From Candidatus Arthromitus sp. SFB-mouse-Japan (GTDB taxonomy: Bacteria; Bacillota; Clostridia; Clostridiales; Clostridiaceae): DNA of 32,000 nucleotides. This document shows, piece by piece, positions 28,851 to 32,000 of this stretch. Both the position numbers and the translations under genes were made by a program. How positions within the stretch are numbered: the stretch's first letter is position 1; the number at the start of each line of letters is the position of its first letter. Location of the stretch: positions 1,470,001 to 1,502,000 of the forward strand of contig NC_015913.1 in assembly GCF_000270205.1 (NCBI RefSeq), written 5' to 3'. Under the pieces are notes generated by a model. The model was not told the origin of the DNA. It was given only the letters and a program-made list of their open reading frames with translations, and made no database searches.

Positions 28851-29282
28851 CTATTCACCACCAACTCTTTCAAAATCTTTTCTAGTCAAAAATTTAGTCT
28901 TTACTGGTAATTTATGCGAAGCTAACCTCATAGCTTCCTTTGCTAATTCTTCTGAAACGCCCGATAATTCAAACATAATCCTTCCCGGTTTAACAACCGC
29001 AACAAAAAATTCTGGCGCACCCTTACCAGATCCCATACGAACTTCAGCTGGTTTTTTAGTAACTGATTTATGAGGGAATATTTTTATATGTAATTTTCCA
29101 CCTCTTTTTATATATCTATTTATAGCAATCCTTGCAGACTCAATTTGATTACCAGTTATCCAAGAAGTACTTGTAGCAACTAAAGCATAATCTCCATAAG
29201 CTATCATTGTGCCCGCTTTAGATACGCCTCTCATTCTACCTTTTTGTACCCTACGATATTTAACTCTTTTAGGCATTAACAT
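28851..29282 (-). CDS. rplP: 50S ribosomal protein L16
   Basis: [19 protein letters not shown]. The ATG at 29282 is 10 nt from the GGAGG SD; the track TTG at 29288 is only 4 nt away. Confidence 0.96.
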   Translation of the reverse strand: MLMPKRVKYRRVQKGRMRGVSKAGTMIAYGDYALVATSTSWITGNQIESARIAINRYIKRGGKLHIKIFPHKSVTKKPAEVRMGSGKGAPEFFVAVVKPGRIMFELSGVSEELAKEAMRLASHKLPVKTKFLTRKDFERVGGE

Positions 29283-29300
29283 ATACAAAATTCCTCCTTT

Positions 29301-29966
29301 CTAATTTTTATCATCATTAATTAAAGTTTTTTTAGATAAAACTTCACCTTTATAAATCCAAACCTTAACACCAAGTTTACCATAAGTAGTGTTAGCCTCA
29401 GCAAACCCATAATCTATATCAGCTCTTAAAGTTTGTAATGGTATTGTTCCATCATGATAATGCTCAGTTCTAGCAATATCTGCTCCACCCAATCTTCCTG
29501 AAACAGCAGTTTTTATTCCTAAAACTCTCATTTTCATAGTTCTTTGCATTGCCTGTTTCATAGCTCTCCTAAACGATACTCTTCTTTCTAATTGCAAAGC
29601 TATATTTTCAGCAACTAACTGTGCATCTGTATCATATGATTTAATCTCAACTATATTTATTACAATTGAACTACCAGCTGAATCTATCTTTTGAATCTCT
29701 GATTTAACAATTTCAATTCCAGCTCCACCTTTTCCAATAATAACACCAGGTCGTGCCGTATATATATTTATTTTTAACTTCTTTACACTTCTCTCAATCT
29801 CTATCTTTGATATTCCTGCAGAATAATACTTATTCTTAATTACTTTCCTAATTTGAAAATCTTCAAACAAATACCTGGAAAAATCTTTTTTATCTGCATA
29901 CCATCTAGAAGACCAATCTTTAATAACTCCCACTCTTAGACCATGAGGATTAACTTTTTGACCCAT
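29301..29966 (-). CDS. rpsC: 30S ribosomal protein S3
   Basis: [13 protein letters not shown] from the ATG at 29966 (AGGAGG SD upstream). KH domain GKGGAGIE. The track start at 30002 is an extension overlapping rplV. Confidence 0.96.
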   Translation of the reverse strand: MGQKVNPHGLRVGVIKDWSSRWYADKKDFSRYLFEDFQIRKVIKNKYYSAGISKIEIERSVKKLKINIYTARPGVIIGKGGAGIEIVKSEIQKIDSAGSSIVINIVEIKSYDTDAQLVAENIALQLERRVSFRRAMKQAMQRTMKMRVLGIKTAVSGRLGGADIARTEHYHDGTIPLQTLRADIDYGFAEANTTYGKLGVKVWIYKGEVLSKKTLINDDKN

Positions 29967-29982
29967 TCTATTATTACCTCCT

Positions 29983-30321
29983 TTATTTGCTATTTTCTCC
30001 AACTATTATAGTAATATGGCTAGTTCTTTTATTAATTCTAAATGCTCTACCCTGAGCTCTTGGTTGAAACCTTTTTAATATAGGACCATTATTAACATAA
30101 GCAGACTTAACAATTAATAAATTTCGATCCATATTATTATTATTTTCCGCATTTGAAACTGCTGATTTTAAAACTTTTTCTATAACGGCAGCCGCTCTTC
30201 TATTTGTATATAACAAAATAGAATATGCTTCCTTAATCGATTTGCCTCTTATTAGTTTTAATACAACATTTATTTTCATAGGAGACATTCTTACATATTT
30301 GGCTATAGCTTTTGTATCCAT
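29983..30321 (-). CDS. rplV: 50S ribosomal protein L22
   Basis: [43 protein letters not shown]. Confidence 0.97.
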   Translation of the reverse strand: MDTKAIAKYVRMSPMKINVVLKLIRGKSIKEAYSILLYTNRRAAAVIEKVLKSAVSNAENNNNMDRNLLIVKSAYVNNGPILKRFQPRAQGRAFRINKRTSHITIIVGENSK

Positions 30322-30343
30322 AACAACAACTCCTTTCTATATA

Positions 30344-30622
30344 TTATCTAACTCTAGATGTCTTCTGATCAACATGACCTTTATAAGTTCTTGTTAACGC
30401 AAATTCACCCAATTTATGACCAACCATATCTTCAGTTATATAAACTGGTACATGTTTTCTTCCATCATGAACAGCAATTGTATGGCCTATCATTTCTGGA
30501 AATATTGTAGAACTTCTGGACCATGTTTTTATCACTTTTTTTTCACTGTTCTTATTCATCATGACAATTCTATCTAAAAGAATCTTTTGAACAAAAGGAC
30601 CTTTTTTAGCAGATCTTCCCAA
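30344..30622 (-). CDS. rpsS: 30S ribosomal protein S19
   Basis: [57 protein letters not shown]. Confidence 0.97.
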   Translation of the reverse strand: MGRSAKKGPFVQKILLDRIVMMNKNSEKKVIKTWSRSSTIFPEMIGHTIAVHDGRKHVPVYITEDMVGHKLGEFALTRTYKGHVDQKTSRVR

Positions 30623-30645
30623 TATTTAAACCTCCTATCATCTAT

Positions 30646-31473
30646 CTATTTTCTTTTTCTTACTATTAAATTATCAGAATACTTTTTATTTCTTCGGGTC
30701 TTATAGCCAAGAGTTGGAACTCCCCAAGGAGATACAGGCGACGGTCTTCCAATCGGGCTTCTTCCTTCCCCTCCTCCATGTGGATGATCACAAGGATTCA
30801 TAACAGATCCTCGAACTGTTGGTCTTATACCTTTATTCCTATTTCTTCCAGCCTTACCCATGCTAATTATTGAATGTGATTCATTAGATAAAATACCTAT
30901 AGTAGCTCTACACTCTATTCTTACATATCTCATTTCACCACTTGGTAACCTAAGTGTAGCATAACTTCCCTCTTTAGCCATTAATTGAGCAGATAAACCA
31001 GCAGATCTAACTATTTGACCACCTTTGCCCTTTTTTAATTCAATATTATGGATCATTGTACCAACTGGTATACTACTCAATGGCAAACAATTCCCAGGCT
31101 TAATATCCGCATTAATCCCAGAAAATATCTTATCTCCAACATTTAATCCATTCGGAGTTAATATATACCTCTTTTCACCATCTGCATAAGCTATTAAAGA
31201 TATAAAAGTTGATCTATTTGGATCGTACTCAATTGTTTTAACCAAGCCAGCTATATCATCTTTATTTCTCTTAAAATCAATTATCCTATACTTTCTTTTA
31301 TTGCCACCACCCTTATGTCTAACCGTTATCTTTCCCTGAGCATTTCTTCCACCACTTTTTCTCAGACCATAAACCAGAGATTTTTCAGGTTTATTAGTAG
31401 TTATTTCCTCATAAGAATTTACAGTCATATTTCTACGCGAAGCTGTTGTTGGCTTTAATTTTTTTACTCCCAA
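30646..31473 (-). CDS. rplB: 50S ribosomal protein L2
   Basis: [45 protein letters not shown]. Confidence 0.97.
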   Translation of the reverse strand: MGVKKLKPTTASRRNMTVNSYEEITTNKPEKSLVYGLRKSGGRNAQGKITVRHKGGGNKRKYRIIDFKRNKDDIAGLVKTIEYDPNRSTFISLIAYADGEKRYILTPNGLNVGDKIFSGINADIKPGNCLPLSSIPVGTMIHNIELKKGKGGQIVRSAGLSAQLMAKEGSYATLRLPSGEMRYVRIECRATIGILSNESHSIISMGKAGRNRNKGIRPTVRGSVMNPCDHPHGGGEGRSPIGRPSPVSPWGVPTLGYKTRRNKKYSDNLIVRKRK

Positions 31474-31497
31474 AGTTCATTACCTCCTCATAACAAA

Positions 31498-31803
31498 TTA
31501 CTCCATAGAATTCATTGAATTAAAAAATTCTATTCCATTACTATCTGGCGTAAGTTGAACTATAGCCTTTTTATAATCAGATCTTTTACCCAGATTAAAT
31601 CGTATCCTTTTCTTTTTCCCACTATAATTCATAGTAAAAACTCTATCTACTTTAACTCCAAATATAGCTTCAATTGCATTCCTAACTTGTATCTTATTAG
31701 CACTCTTCTTTACAATAAATGTATACTTCCTATCAACCATAATAGACATGCTTTTCTCTGTTATTATAGGTCTTATAATTATATCATAATCTGTTAATTT
31801 CAA
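31498..31803 (-). CDS. rplW: 50S ribosomal protein L23
   Basis: [39 protein letters not shown]. 4-nt overlap with the rplD stop. Confidence 0.96.
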   Translation of the reverse strand: MKLTDYDIIIRPIITEKSMSIMVDRKYTFIVKKSANKIQVRNAIEAIFGVKVDRVFTMNYSGKKKRIRFNLGKRSDYKKAIVQLTPDSNGIEFFNSMNSME

Positions 31804-32000
31804 TTCGAATACACCTCCTCAAGTTTTCTAACTGCACCTTGAGTCATAACAAGCTTATCATACTTTAACAAATCATAAACATTTATATTATTCACAGGAA
31901 TCACCTTTACATTTTGCAAATTCGTACTAGATCTGTAAACATTTTTATTAGAAGTTTCAGTAACTAATAACATATTGCTCTCTATATTAAAGTTATTCAT
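31800..32000 (-). CDS. rplD: 50S ribosomal protein L4, C-terminal fragment (5' end beyond the window)
   Basis: Position upstream of rplW and sequence (...[53 protein letters not shown]) fit the L4 C-terminus. The ATG at 32000 is an edge coincidence, not the true start. Confidence 0.9.
   Translation of the reverse strand: MNNFNIESNMLLVTETSNKNVYRSSTNLQNVKVIPVNNINVYDLLKYDKLVMTQGAVRKLEEVYSN

Noticed and set aside
31998-32000. ATG at the window edge presented as the start of a 66-aa ORF.
   Set aside because: The sequence is the C-terminal third of ribosomal protein L4. The frame is open to the window edge, so the ATG is an internal Met codon.
1-32000. Searched both strands for CRISPR repeats, IS or transposase remnants, integrase or att-like repeats, tRNA/rRNA genes, toxin-antitoxin pairs, restriction or defence genes, and frameshifted pseudogenes.
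   Set aside because: None found. Every sizeable intergenic gap (901-1058, 7665-7750, 12709-12857, 14058-14182, 15031-15141, 18361-18458) is short, AT-rich and explained by promoters, terminators or leaders. I therefore do not claim a novel system.

Overview
Very AT-rich, low-GC Gram-positive (Clostridia-like, spore-former) core chromosome; I cannot name the species. About 29 of the 32 kb is one minus-strand block of housekeeping genes. From right to left it holds: the distal S10 operon (rplD partial to rpsQ); the spc operon (rplN to rplO, secY, adk, map); the alpha operon (infA, rpmJ, rpsM, rpsK, rpsD, rpoA, rplQ); ecfA1-ecfA2-ecfT-truA; rplM-rpsI; cwlD plus a coupled 170-aa unknown; ptsI-iadA-trxA; and cdaA-cdaR, a four-subunit 2-oxoacid:ferredoxin oxidoreductase, and glmM. 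I found two short ribosomal genes missing from the ORF track by hand translation: rpmJ (21259..21372) and rpmD (24790..24969). I also found a truncated AbgT-family transporter at 1..900. Several track ORFs carry spurious N-terminal extensions, which I trimmed using Shine-Dalgarno spacing. The only plus-strand genes are a Cof-type HAD hydrolase and two adjacent Asn/Lys-rich unknown envelope proteins (7751..9487). I see no CRISPR array, mobile element, rRNA/tRNA gene, pseudogene or recognisable defence or toxin module, so I cannot support a claim of a novel system. The observations worth a second look are modest: (1) the normally contiguous cdaA-cdaR-glmM c-di-AMP module is split by the oxidoreductase genes; (2) the two-gene island of orphan envelope proteins; (3) a Cys-motif orphan ORF translationally coupled to cwlD; (4) a perfect consensus sigma-A promoter overlapping the truA stop codon, followed by a structured rplM leader; (5) a 16-bp perfect palindrome spanning two convergent stop codons; (6) ptsI clustered with iadA and trxA and no adjacent ptsH.
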